IMG/VR virus record: IMGVR_UViG_3300032893_000051
Span: 1 to 57,818 of that record
From: a virus
Lineage: Duplodnaviria > Caudoviricetes
DNA length: 57,818 nt
Direction: 5' to 3' (one strand)
Positions 19,378 through 28,705 of the stretch are shown here, piece by piece. Under the pieces are notes generated by a model that did not search any database, had not been told where the DNA came from, and was given only the letters and a program-made list of their open reading frames with translations. Each line of letters opens with the position of its first letter. Position 1 is the first letter of the stretch. The translations under genes and the position numbers were made by a program.

Positions 19378-22188
19378 TTACGACCTGACACCAAGTCCCC
19401 CCACCGACACGCCCTGGTACTCCCCGTCCAACACTTTTCGCCACTCTTTCGGGTCCAGGATCTTGATCGCTATGACCCAGGAACCTTGCTTCACGGTTTG
19501 GGGTCCGTAGGGCCCCTCGTTCCACTCCAGGTCCTGCGGCACTATGTAGGATTCGACGGGCACCGCCTCTATTTCTTCCTCGTGGTTTTTCCCAACCATT
19601 CGGGAGCTTATCAGGTAGTTGTGCGCCGCTTCCTCGATATCCTCGGGGGTCATCCAATCGTCCTGTTCGTCGAGCTCCTCGGGGGCTAACACTACGCAGT
19701 AAATGATCTGCTTTTTTATGTCGGCCTTCTTGATCGGACAGATCTTCCGCACCCACTTCGTCAGCTCTGGGTATCGGTTGTAGATCGCGTTCTTTACGAT
19801 CTCCTCGTCGGTGGTTCCGGAGGATTGCCGAAGCGACTCCATGGCTTTTTCGAGGGTCTCCATCGGATAGGCCATTCGATCCGGCACAGCGTAGTTCTCG
19901 TTGCCGATGAGTTCAGCGGGTTTCGCATCCAGCATAGGCTGGGACTCCTGCGCTTCCTCTGAGAGAAACCGGTGGAAATCCCCCTGGAACTTCTCAAAGT
20001 CCGGCACCAGCTCCTCGGTCGACGGGTGCACGCCCTCGCCCTGTTCCTCGAGCAGAAATCGGATGAAGTTTTCTCCAAAGTTCGACAGCGCCTGGTCTAG
20101 ATCTCCGATCTCGTGCTTTTCTATTTCGCTGCCGGCCCCGGGCTGCTGTCCGGCGACTATCACTTTGTCATCGGAGTGCTCCTGCTGCCGAGAGACTAAA
20201 GAGCCCTGGCTCGGGTATCCGTGAACGCGATTACCCCGTCCGGAGCTCGTGGCGTCGCTCCAGGTGTAGCCGAGAGCGTCCATCGCCAGTAGTGCGTCTG
20301 CAGGGAGCATGTCATATTGGGCAATCCCGATTCTCGGCTCCGAATCGTTCGACGTGGAAGCATCGGGGACCGCCACTCCAGTGAACCGCTGGCGAAAGCT
20401 CGGCTGCCCCTCTATCTTCTGGACATCCTCGTTTGTTTCATGACCGGTGAGGACGAGCCGTGGGAACTCCTTCGTCCAGTCGGGGTAGTTGTAGATGTCG
20501 TTCGGGCCCTCATAGGTGAATTGCCCTCCTGGCATGAGCACGCGCTGAATCTCCGACAGTAGAGCCTTCTGGTCCTGTTTTTCCAGATCCTGTAGCCCAT
20601 CGCGGAGTCGCACATTTCGGACGCTCCTGTCTGGTAAAGGAATTCCGGTTGTAAGATCGTGAACCACGGTGCCGTAGTCGTAGGGGTAGACGTCAAATCC
20701 CACGTAGCCGGGCATCCGCGCCTGCCCGCTCATCAAATCTATATTCAGCCCCACCGGCCAGTTGGATGTGGATTCTTCTTCGTTTTCGAGAGTGTCCTTG
20801 TTAATTTCCGGGTTATGCTCGATCGCCAACGCATCGCTGGTGTCTACTGTTTCGATTCGCTTTTTCCGATAGTAGTCTGGGTCGTCCTCGAGGTGACTTA
20901 TGGCAAGCTCCTTCGCCTCCTCGCCAACGCTCGTCGTGTGCTCCATTTCCCAGTCGATTCCTGAGACGATTTGCTCCATGCCGTACAAATCCGACGCATC
21001 CTGGTTGTCGCCGGCCACGTAGTTCTTCAGACACTCGCCGTACTTTTCCGCCACGGAAAAAAGCCCCAGTCCCCCAAATTCCTTCAGCACTTCAGCTTCC
21101 AGATTGTTCACGCTCGGGGGCTCTACCTGAGAACTACGGCTCCGGTCAGTCGAGGTAGGCGGAGTCCCCTGCGGCTCGACCTTTCGCTGAAACGGCTGCT
21201 TTTTCTCGTCCTGTGGAGGGGAGGGAACGTGGACGTCCGAGCCCCCTGGCTGAGCTTTGGAGATCTCTGGAAAGTTCCTTCTGAGATGGTCCTTTAGGCC
21301 CGGGTGCGTTTCCATTATCGACATCGTCTCCTCCGGAGTAAAAACTCTCGCCGGCAGCTGCTTTTTCCCAGTCTTTATGGCTTTGTGCATGCGGTGGTGC
21401 CCGTCAATCAGTAGGTATCGAATCCCCTCCTGCGTGGGAATCGAGGCAATGAAAACGGGGTTTTTGGACTTCGATCCCATCGCCGCCTGCTCGTCGACGT
21501 GTATCTTGTCACTCCACGCGGGATCCACGGGGACCTTGGCGTTGTGCTTTTTGCCGGCAAGGTCTCGCGCCTTGTCGATGTCGAAAATCATCGACCCTAT
21601 GACGAACTTCTCCGCGTCCGAGCCGTCACGGACAGTCCCACCGAGGACGTCGGGCAGCGAGCGGTAGATGTTCTCTGGGGTGACGTCCGGGGCAACGCCC
21701 TCGACTGGCTCCGGATCGGATTTTCCGACTTCTCCTGTGGCTTCACCCGTATTCCTACCGACACGCACCGCACGGTCATCCCATAGCTCCTTCATGTGGT
21801 GATCCTTGACGTTGGTGACTTCCAGCCTGGGAAGCCCCTGCGCCTCGAGCCAGTCCTGGATTTTCTTTACGTTGCCTTTTTTCCCAGCGCGCGCGGTGAA
21901 AACCTTTACGTTCTCGCCCTTCGACAGCCAGTCCTTCACCCGGTTGACCATGGGTCCAACGGCTTGGCCGATGTGGTCGTCGCCTTTGTACCCATCGTAA
22001 TGGGCTAGCGTTCCGTCCAGATCGACTCCGATCCAGGAGTCCATTTTCTTCTTCTTGGTTTCTACCTTCTCTGGAAGGTCCATCCCGCGGCTCGCGCGGT
22101 CGTATTCCCGAACGGTCTTTTTGGGGATATCCCCGCGGGCCTCGGCTGCGTGAAAGAATCGACGCTGTGCTTCCGAAACGTACGGCAT
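19378..22188 (-). CDS. Multi-domain prohead protease (C-terminal XkdF-like) fused to HAD, ParB-like, DUF5661-like and SAM-methyltransferase-like domains
   Basis: ATG at 22188 with GGAGG; DLDGTL; LIDGHHR; EMEHT...HLEDDPDYY; SEIQRVLMPGG; C-terminal VLAP...IEEAAH...GSW...GVSVGG. Confidence 0.78.
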   Translation of the reverse strand: MPYVSEAQRRFFHAAEARGDIPKKTVREYDRASRGMDLPEKVETKKKKMDSWIGVDLDGTLAHYDGYKGDDHIGQAVGPMVNRVKDWLSKGENVKVFTARAGKKGNVKKIQDWLEAQGLPRLEVTNVKDHHMKELWDDRAVRVGRNTGEATGEVGKSDPEPVEGVAPDVTPENIYRSLPDVLGGTVRDGSDAEKFVIGSMIFDIDKARDLAGKKHNAKVPVDPAWSDKIHVDEQAAMGSKSKNPVFIASIPTQEGIRYLLIDGHHRMHKAIKTGKKQLPARVFTPEETMSIMETHPGLKDHLRRNFPEISKAQPGGSDVHVPSPPQDEKKQPFQRKVEPQGTPPTSTDRSRSSQVEPPSVNNLEAEVLKEFGGLGLFSVAEKYGECLKNYVAGDNQDASDLYGMEQIVSGIDWEMEHTTSVGEEAKELAISHLEDDPDYYRKKRIETVDTSDALAIEHNPEINKDTLENEEESTSNWPVGLNIDLMSGQARMPGYVGFDVYPYDYGTVVHDLTTGIPLPDRSVRNVRLRDGLQDLEKQDQKALLSEIQRVLMPGGQFTYEGPNDIYNYPDWTKEFPRLVLTGHETNEDVQKIEGQPSFRQRFTGVAVPDASTSNDSEPRIGIAQYDMLPADALLAMDALGYTWSDATSSGRGNRVHGYPSQGSLVSRQQEHSDDKVIVAGQQPGAGSEIEKHEIGDLDQALSNFGENFIRFLLEEQGEGVHPSTEELVPDFEKFQGDFHRFLSEEAQESQPMLDAKPAELIGNENYAVPDRMAYPMETLEKAMESLRQSSGTTDEEIVKNAIYNRYPELTKWVRKICPIKKADIKKQIIYCVVLAPEELDEQDDWMTPEDIEEAAHNYLISSRMVGKNHEEEIEAVPVESYIVPQDLEWNEGPYGPQTVKQGSWVIAIKILDPKEWRKVLDGEYQGVSVGGLGVRS

Positions 22189-23066
22189 TAAGCCTCCGAA
22201 ATCTCGATGGTCAGTATGCACTCGCAGTTAGGGTGAAGCGGAGGGCCATCCACTCCGGCCGAGAACTGGTCGTGCAGTCCGACGGATTCACCATCAAGCT
22301 CCGTGCACTCTGGGCACGGGTTGCCGTCCACCTGCCAGACCTTCTGAGAGCCTTGCCCAATCAGCCCCTCGGCTGCGGCAGCCTGCCAAACTAATTGCTG
22401 CCCCTGATTCTGAACGGCCTGCGTCTCGGTCTTCGCTATCATCTTAGCACGGTAGTCGAGCAGCCTGTCATGGTACTGGTCCACAAGCTTATCTATCCTA
22501 GTTCTGGGCAGCCCCTGCGACTCTAGGGTCGATTGGTAGTTGATCAGCGCTGTGGCCTGCTGTGGGTAGAGTCCGATCATGGGCTTGATCAGCCGAGCCA
22601 TCGTGGGCACTGGAATCGACTCACGGAGCTGTTTCTCCACAGCCTGCTGGATGACTTTCCGGGCATCGGTGCTGATGTCGGTGACGAGCCTTCCCGTTCT
22701 GCGGTCAACGTAGTCCTGTATTCTCCGGTTCTTTAGGTCAAATCTCAAATTCTTATCTGCCTGTGCCGGCAGCGGGGCTAGATCGGAAAACTCTCCCATG
22801 GACCTAGCCATATGCGCGCGGTATTGGTCCAACTCGTCGGGCAGCTCGCTCCAGGGAACGAGTGAGTAAATTGAGTTGTAGTTTCCCGACAACCACGCGT
22901 CCGACAAAGTTTTCTCGCTGATCTTTTTCTTGAAGGACTTTATCCCAGACAAAAAGTCCACGCGCGCGGCCTGGGACATCGTATTCGTCAGCGCCCGCAC
23001 CCGAGCGGTAGTCCTACGGTACGTTTTTCTGGGAGCCGCCTTCTGAACTGTGGAGAAGATGATCAC
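22188..23066 (-). CDS. Head morphogenesis protein (MuF / SPP1 gp7-like)
   Basis: RAKMIAKTE, CPEC..LDG and PPLHPNCEC motifs. Confidence 0.85.
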   Translation of the reverse strand: MIIFSTVQKAAPRKTYRRTTARVRALTNTMSQAARVDFLSGIKSFKKKISEKTLSDAWLSGNYNSIYSLVPWSELPDELDQYRAHMARSMGEFSDLAPLPAQADKNLRFDLKNRRIQDYVDRRTGRLVTDISTDARKVIQQAVEKQLRESIPVPTMARLIKPMIGLYPQQATALINYQSTLESQGLPRTRIDKLVDQYHDRLLDYRAKMIAKTETQAVQNQGQQLVWQAAAAEGLIGQGSQKVWQVDGNPCPECTELDGESVGLHDQFSAGVDGPPLHPNCECILTIEISEA

Positions 23067-23326
23067 GGCTTGAACTGCTCCATGTCCAGGAAGTCCTTAT
23101 GTATCCCGCACATGTCCGGATCCTCGCAGCAGGAGTTCAGTACGCGATCGCACCGCAGGCAGACCTTCACGATGTGGAAGCGGCACTCCGGCATGTCCGG
23201 CCTGTGCCACTTGGACTCCTTGCAGCCCTCTCGTACACATTGGGTAATCTGATGATGTTGCTCCATCAAAGTACGCATACGCCCTAGTAGTTGAAGTTGA
23301 TCCGCTTCCGGTCTCTTTCGGCCCAT
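23063..23326 (-). CDS. Small Cys/His-rich hypothetical protein
   Basis: Several Cys pairs; fills the gap between portal and MuF. Confidence 0.5.
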   Translation of the reverse strand: MGRKRPEADQLQLLGRMRTLMEQHHQITQCVREGCKESKWHRPDMPECRFHIVKVCLRCDRVLNSCCEDPDMCGIHKDFLDMEQFKP

Positions 23327-24960
23327 TCGGTTTCCCTTCCGTTGTTTCGGTAGGTATCCCGCTCTGTGTTGGCCTGCGGATTGGTTTTGAAGTTCGTGGA
23401 CGGGTTCTGAGGAGCCACGTCCGTCTGAGTAATCGGGTTATTGTTACCCAGGGCGTTCGCCTCTGTATAGACCGCAGACGTCGCAGGCTTTTGGTTCACC
23501 GGCGTGGTGTCCGCAGGGAGGGTTAGCCCCGTCGGCGTCTGCACGGGCACGCCTGGGATCTCCACCACTTTCTGCGGGATCTCGGGTTCTTTCAGCTCGA
23601 CCTGCATCGACTCCATGCTCATCGGATCCGAGGGCTCGGGCATGTTGCCAACCTTCATCAGGTACTTCTCTAGGTCGAGATTTGGGAACAGCGGGAATCC
23701 GGAGATCGCTAGGTTTTTGATGTACTCGCCGAGTTCCTTGAGATCCACGGACATCAGATCGCCGTGGGTAATTTTGGGGTAGTCGGAAATGGCAAAGTCG
23801 TTTAGGGCGAACAGTCTGGGAATCGCATAGTTGTTGAAAATGTCGGCGATGATGTCCAGCTGTCCGCCTATTGCGGTGGAGAACAGGTTCGTCTTCGACG
23901 AGGCGAGCGCGTAGCTTCCGACCTTGTCCTGTCCCATGAGCATAAAGTCCGCCACCATCGTCATCGCGATTCTCTGGTCGTAGCGGTTTATTATTTTGTC
24001 CGTGTCGAACTGGCGCTGGCCGCCGGTGGAGAGGAGTTTTAGTTCGAACAGTTCCTTTCCGACAGTGTCGTATGCCTTCGGAAAGATGACGCCTTCCTGT
24101 GCGTCTCGTCGGATGTTGATGACGATATCCCGAATGGACGCTAGCAAGTTCTTCTGCGACTGGCTGGCTCCCTCGGTCAGCAGCTCGGGCGGTACGAGTG
24201 CCACTGGAAGACCGGCGAGATCGCGCTCCACTCCGATCGCCTCGATGTTCTCTATGTTCTTCTTCATGTACCAGGGGCGGTACGCGTTTCTCAGAAGTGA
24301 TTTACCTTCGGGGTTATTCTTTTCGGTGGTGGTCCGAAAGAGGAGCATTTTTTCGATGGGGATGGTGACGTGGTAGTAGTGAGGCGGGGCGAGCTGCTCG
24401 ACGCCTTGGATACCGCCGTGATCGTCAAATTGCCATCGATAAATTGTATCTTGTGACCGAATCGGAAACTTGCGCCATCCGATCCTTCCGTCACTGTACT
24501 TCGATCGCATGGTCGGATCGAAAACGTCACCGCACCGCCTTTTGTAAATGATCTCGTGGACCGAGTATCCGTACCCCAGCATTGAGAGAATCGCGTCGAT
24601 GGTGTCCACCCAGGTGTCGGACATGTCGTTCATGCAGGTCTCGACGAACTCGGCCGCCTCCTCGTCATTGGGGTGGGCCGACGCCGGGGTAACCCGCCAC
24701 GGTACTCGACGACAGAGCATCTTGATCGCGAAGATGATGCCGCCGACCGTGGGGTCGTTGTTCAGCATCTCCTTGAAGACCTGAACGCCCTTCCATCCGG
24801 TCAGCTCGAGAAGGAATTCCTCGAAGATAAATCCGGAGAACCTGCGCAGACCGGTCGCCCCGACCTCGCGCATGTCGACAACTTTTGTCTCCGCTCCAGT
24901 AAGCATCTGGCCGATCGTGGCCTTGCGAACTGGCTCCTTGGGTCCGGATTTCTTAGCCAT
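23284..24960 (-). CDS. Portal protein (DUF935 / Mu gp29-like)
   Basis: GYSVHEI, NPEGKSLLRNAYRPW and GSYALA motifs. Confidence 0.85.
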   Translation of the reverse strand: MAKKSGPKEPVRKATIGQMLTGAETKVVDMREVGATGLRRFSGFIFEEFLLELTGWKGVQVFKEMLNNDPTVGGIIFAIKMLCRRVPWRVTPASAHPNDEEAAEFVETCMNDMSDTWVDTIDAILSMLGYGYSVHEIIYKRRCGDVFDPTMRSKYSDGRIGWRKFPIRSQDTIYRWQFDDHGGIQGVEQLAPPHYYHVTIPIEKMLLFRTTTEKNNPEGKSLLRNAYRPWYMKKNIENIEAIGVERDLAGLPVALVPPELLTEGASQSQKNLLASIRDIVINIRRDAQEGVIFPKAYDTVGKELFELKLLSTGGQRQFDTDKIINRYDQRIAMTMVADFMLMGQDKVGSYALASSKTNLFSTAIGGQLDIIADIFNNYAIPRLFALNDFAISDYPKITHGDLMSVDLKELGEYIKNLAISGFPLFPNLDLEKYLMKVGNMPEPSDPMSMESMQVELKEPEIPQKVVEIPGVPVQTPTGLTLPADTTPVNQKPATSAVYTEANALGNNNPITQTDVAPQNPSTNFKTNPQANTERDTYRNNGRETEWAERDRKRINFNY

Positions 24961-25256
24961 TACGCGCCTTCGGTCATGTAGAGAGTTCCGCCGCCTGAGG
25001 CCTGAATCACGGCCACCTTCTGTCCGCCGGCGATCCCGACGTAGGTGGGCACGTTAGCCGGAAGGTACATCGACGTGTTTGCGACCGCCGTCGGGCTTGC
25101 CCCCACCGCAATGAAGCACGCGACCGTGGCGGTGAGAAGAACCGCCGTCGTGGTATCAGCGACCGCACTGCTCTGAGTGCTGCTTCCGCCGATGGCAACC
25201 GATTGGCTGGTTCCGGGATATATTCCGGGAACTGCTTTCGAGATGGCTGAGCTCAT
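24960..25256 (-). CDS. Small beta-rich virion-associated protein
   Basis: Coupled to portal start; jelly-roll-like alternating pattern. Confidence 0.55.
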   Translation of the reverse strand: MSSAISKAVPGIYPGTSQSVAIGGSSTQSSAVADTTTAVLLTATVACFIAVGASPTAVANTSMYLPANVPTYVGIAGGQKVAVIQASGGGTLYMTEGA

Positions 25257-25264
25257 TTATCCCC

Positions 25265-25828
25265 CTAGTTCGAAATTGAAATCGCCCCAATTAAAGTGAC
25301 GGCAGGCGGCACCCCTATCTGGGTGAAGTCCCACTGCGAGTTCAGCGCAGTGGCCGCGTCGTTTATGGCCATGACTGTCGACGTATATGTTGCTGAGTAT
25401 GTTATCACATTCTGCACCCAAGTCAGGAGCGGTTGGATGTAGGCCACTCTGTTAGTAAGGCTATTCTGCTGGGCCAGGTAGTAAATAATAAAAAGTCGGA
25501 ACTGAGTTTCCAGAGAGTAAAACTCCTGGACGTACTGCTCTAGCGCTAGGCTGAAGTTCGTCAGGTTCTCTTTCTTGGCGTCGGCGAGCGACGGAACCGG
25601 AAGCCCGAAGGTGTCCGATCCGGCATTATACGCATCCCCGATGTTGAAGCTTTGTCCTCCCACTGTCGTGTCCACGCAATAGTCGTACTGCGGAGCGTAA
25701 ACACTCTGAACGTCGGTTAGACTGGCCATGATGCTTTGGACCACAAGTCCATTTAAAACCAGCGCCCACAGATCGACAGCCGTTGGATCGCTGTTCTGGT
25801 CCACTATGGTTCCCTTAGGTACTGCCAT
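25265..25828 (-). CDS. Fibre-associated / assembly protein (hypothetical)
   Basis: Real start is MAVPKG at 25828 (overlaps upstream TGA); follows the Gly-rich fibre gene. Confidence 0.55.
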   Translation of the reverse strand: MAVPKGTIVDQNSDPTAVDLWALVLNGLVVQSIMASLTDVQSVYAPQYDYCVDTTVGGQSFNIGDAYNAGSDTFGLPVPSLADAKKENLTNFSLALEQYVQEFYSLETQFRLFIIYYLAQQNSLTNRVAYIQPLLTWVQNVITYSATYTSTVMAINDAATALNSQWDFTQIGVPPAVTLIGAISISN

Positions 25829-26745
25829 CACTCCACCCACTTTATTAGAATTCTGCCTCCAGAGCCCTGCGCCCCGTTGGCTCCGTTGCCTCCTGTAGTC
25901 CCAGTCGTTGCCAAAGCCCCTCCACCACCGCCTCCGCCACCGCCGCCTCCGCCACATCCAGCATTTACCGTTGGTGTCGATCCAGCGTTTCCGCCTCCGT
26001 TTCCAGCAGTGCCTCCGAGTGCTCCTGGACCACCGTTCTGACAGTTCACGTCTCCGCCGGTGGGTGCGCCTCCACCTCCACCACCACCACCCGATGTTCC
26101 TGTGGGACTGTCGCCTCCAGCGCCTCCGCTTCCAGCCGTTCCGAAAGGGGATATTCCAGCTGGACTCATCCCATTAATTCCGTCGTTGTGCCTAGTTCCT
26201 CCAGTGCCACCGTCTCCGCCAAATACGCTGAATGTTCCTCCGCCGCACAGTGGCGTGCAGCTATTGTTTGTTCCGCCAGCTCCTGCCGTGGCAAGTGCCC
26301 CTCCGTTTCCCCCGTCTCCACCGTTCGCTCCAGGAAAGGAGAGTAATGCGTCAAAAGTAGATGTGCCTCCGTTGCCGCCATTGACGGCGTTAGCGCCAGT
26401 ACCAGACGGGGCTGTTCCACCTCCTCCACCAGTTCCTGCAGATCCTCCCCCGCCTATGGTGATTACATACGTAGTCCCTGGCGTTACCGATATGGTGTAC
26501 GTCCCAGTCACGGCAGATCCACCCGCGGATCCGCCACCACCGCCCGCTCCCTGGTTCGTAGTACTGCCGCCGGCTCCTCCGCCTCCTCCTCCACCACCTC
26601 CCGATCCGCCTCTGCCCTCAACCGTCACCGTGGTCACTCCTGCCGGAGCGGTCCAGTTCCCAGAGGCTACGAAGACTTGAGTGACAACCCTTGGCTCGCC
26701 TGCCAGGGCCGGTAGGGTAGCCAGTAAAATAAAAAGTCTCAGCAT
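25828..26745 (-). CDS. Glycine-rich fibre-like protein with signal peptide
   Basis: FVASGNWTAPAGVTTV...GG and GSGGRILIKW bound the phage Gly-rich domain; MLRLFILLATLPALA N-terminus. Confidence 0.75.
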   Translation of the reverse strand: MLRLFILLATLPALAGEPRVVTQVFVASGNWTAPAGVTTVTVEGRGGSGGGGGGGGGAGGSTTNQGAGGGGGSAGGSAVTGTYTISVTPGTTYVITIGGGGSAGTGGGGGTAPSGTGANAVNGGNGGTSTFDALLSFPGANGGDGGNGGALATAGAGGTNNSCTPLCGGGTFSVFGGDGGTGGTRHNDGINGMSPAGISPFGTAGSGGAGGDSPTGTSGGGGGGGGAPTGGDVNCQNGGPGALGGTAGNGGGNAGSTPTVNAGCGGGGGGGGGGGGALATTGTTGGNGANGAQGSGGRILIKWVE

Positions 26746-27191
26746 CAGTCCATCCACCAGTTAGTTCCGTCCGAGGACACCCAAGTAACGCTGCCGTACG
26801 GAGTCGTGTACTTTTTGCTCGCGGCCAAACCCTCCAGCGTCTCAGAAGCGTGCTGCACGAAAGTGATGTTGGGCGCTCCGGATATGTCCTTCACGATGAA
26901 GGTTCTGCCAGTAGTTGCCGCGGGCATGGTGATATTTATTGCGGACGTCGTGTTTACGAAAATAGCGTAGTCCGTGGTCGTGGTGTCGACAGTGAGGCTT
27001 CCGGTGATCGTTCTGGTTGTGACACTCCAACCGCCGTTCGCCTGGTTCACACCGGTTCCGCCGCTCACGCCGATGATCGCGGGCACGAAGATGTACGCTG
27101 CTGGGCCGGGATTCCAAATGATGGGCGGGTTAGGCGGAGTGAGTCCCGCGAGCGCCACGCTGGAGAGCAATGAGAGAAGAAGCATCCTCAT
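26745..27191 (-). CDS. Fibre-like protein with signal peptide
   Basis: ITMPAATTGRTFIVKD domain, related to 3163..3651; hydrophobic N-terminus ending VALA. Confidence 0.6.
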   Translation of the reverse strand: MRMLLLSLLSSVALAGLTPPNPPIIWNPGPAAYIFVPAIIGVSGGTGVNQANGGWSVTTRTITGSLTVDTTTTDYAIFVNTTSAINITMPAATTGRTFIVKDISGAPNITFVQHASETLEGLAASKKYTTPYGSVTWVSSDGTNWWMD

Positions 27192-28705
27192 TTGTAAAAC
27201 GTCATGTTGACGCTCCCGGTGGTGATGTTCGCGGTCTTCGCCTGGAACCCTAGGCAGTTGCCGGACGGGATCATGAAGTCCTTACCGCCGCCTCCGGCGC
27301 TGACGATGATCGCGTTGGATGAAGTGGACAGGGCTCCGCACGTGGCGGCGTAGGCAAGGTAATAGTCCGAACCGGAGGAATCGAAGATGTCTATCTCATT
27401 TATCGCGGCGCTGGTGGAGCTGATGATCGTGGTGAACGAGCTCGTCGACAGATTCGCCGAGGAATAGCTTTGAGTGAAAGTCGATAGAACTCCTCTCCCG
27501 CTTCCGGCGTTAGCCGTTACAGCTCCAGAAATCGGCTGCGTCACCCCGCTTCCATCCACCCGCAGGGCGCCAGCGGTCGTCAGGGACAGCGGATTCGTCT
27601 TCGCAGTGACGTACGTGGGCGCGGACGTAGTGACTGCGCCCTGAACAATCGGCCCCGACTGCCCTGAGGTCGTGCTCCCCTGCGCTAGTAGAATCCCGTT
27701 CACGCTCGTGTCCAGCGCCAGCGCCGACGTGTTGAGGTTCGTTCCAGCATTTGCCGTGACCGTCCATGATCCCCCCTGATTGGCAGTCACGGTCCCGGAG
27801 ACAACCCACGGGGAAGTCGACTGCGTCACTCCTATTGTCGATGGAAAATTTGAGACAGCTACGGAGTCGGTGCCGCTATTCAGGGTCCACGTGCGGCCCG
27901 TCGTCCATGCTCCCGATTGAACCGCAGCCACTGAATCCGTCGCATTGCTCAGAGTCCACGTCCTGCCCGTCGTCCACGAACCCCCCTGGAATGAGGTAAT
28001 TTGGTCCGATGTAGTCAGGGCACGGATTTGCGTCGGGTCCACATAGCTCGACCCATTGGAGATCTGCACCGCTAGTGGGTTCGTCGAGGATGGGGCCGAT
28101 CCCAAGACTTGGGTAATGTTTATCGATTGCGTGGCAGGAAAGTTGGATACCAAAGCAGAGACAGAATCCGAGCCACTTGAGAGAGTCCATGTTCTCCCCG
28201 TGCTTCCCGAGATTGGTTGAGTCGTCGTTCCGGTCGGGTCGATCCGGAGCGGATTCGAAGGAGTACCTAGTAATACTGTACCATCGGTCAACTCAACGGG
28301 CCATCCGTTGGCGAGCGTGTTCGGCGTTCCCTGATTGGCTGTGAAGGCCCCAGGGAAGGACGACACAGCCACCAGCAGGTTTCCGGAGCCGTCCAGACTC
28401 AGGCCGGTCAGAGTGCCAGATTGATTCCCTGCGATGTAGGTTCCGCTGTTCGGCACGGCGCTTCCGGTTGGTCCAACGCTGGCGTTGCTGCCACTACCAC
28501 CACCGGTCGTAATGAGCTCGCCGCTCGCGTCCACGGCCACGGGGAGGAAGGTGTCTCCGTACAGCCCCATCATCGGGTAGCCAAGGCTCTGGAGTAATTT
28601 CCCATCCCCGGGATCGATGCCTATCTGCCCCTGGTCCCCGCGGTAGACAGTGTAGGACCCAAAACACAGAGCCGGGAAAAGTAACGCGAGAATGATTCGC
28701 TTCAT
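27188..28705 (-). CDS. Ser/Thr/Gly-rich fibre-like repeat protein with signal peptide
   Basis: TGRTWTL..xDSV repeats; NPL and TQPISG motifs; MKRIILALLFPALCFG. Confidence 0.65.
   Translation of the reverse strand: MKRIILALLFPALCFGSYTVYRGDQGQIGIDPGDGKLLQSLGYPMMGLYGDTFLPVAVDASGELITTGGGSGSNASVGPTGSAVPNSGTYIAGNQSGTLTGLSLDGSGNLLVAVSSFPGAFTANQGTPNTLANGWPVELTDGTVLLGTPSNPLRIDPTGTTTQPISGSTGRTWTLSSGSDSVSALVSNFPATQSINITQVLGSAPSSTNPLAVQISNGSSYVDPTQIRALTTSDQITSFQGGSWTTGRTWTLSNATDSVAAVQSGAWTTGRTWTLNSGTDSVAVSNFPSTIGVTQSTSPWVVSGTVTANQGGSWTVTANAGTNLNTSALALDTSVNGILLAQGSTTSGQSGPIVQGAVTTSAPTYVTAKTNPLSLTTAGALRVDGSGVTQPISGAVTANAGSGRGVLSTFTQSYSSANLSTSSFTTIISSTSAAINEIDIFDSSGSDYYLAYAATCGALSTSSNAIIVSAGGGGKDFMIPSGNCLGFQAKTANITTGSVNMTFYK

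Noticed and set aside
26060-26680. Pro-rich plus-strand ORF, and other long antisense or alternate-frame ORFs such as 5410..6279, 13451..14092 and 16545..17204
   Set aside because: Shadows of well-supported genes in GC-rich sequence
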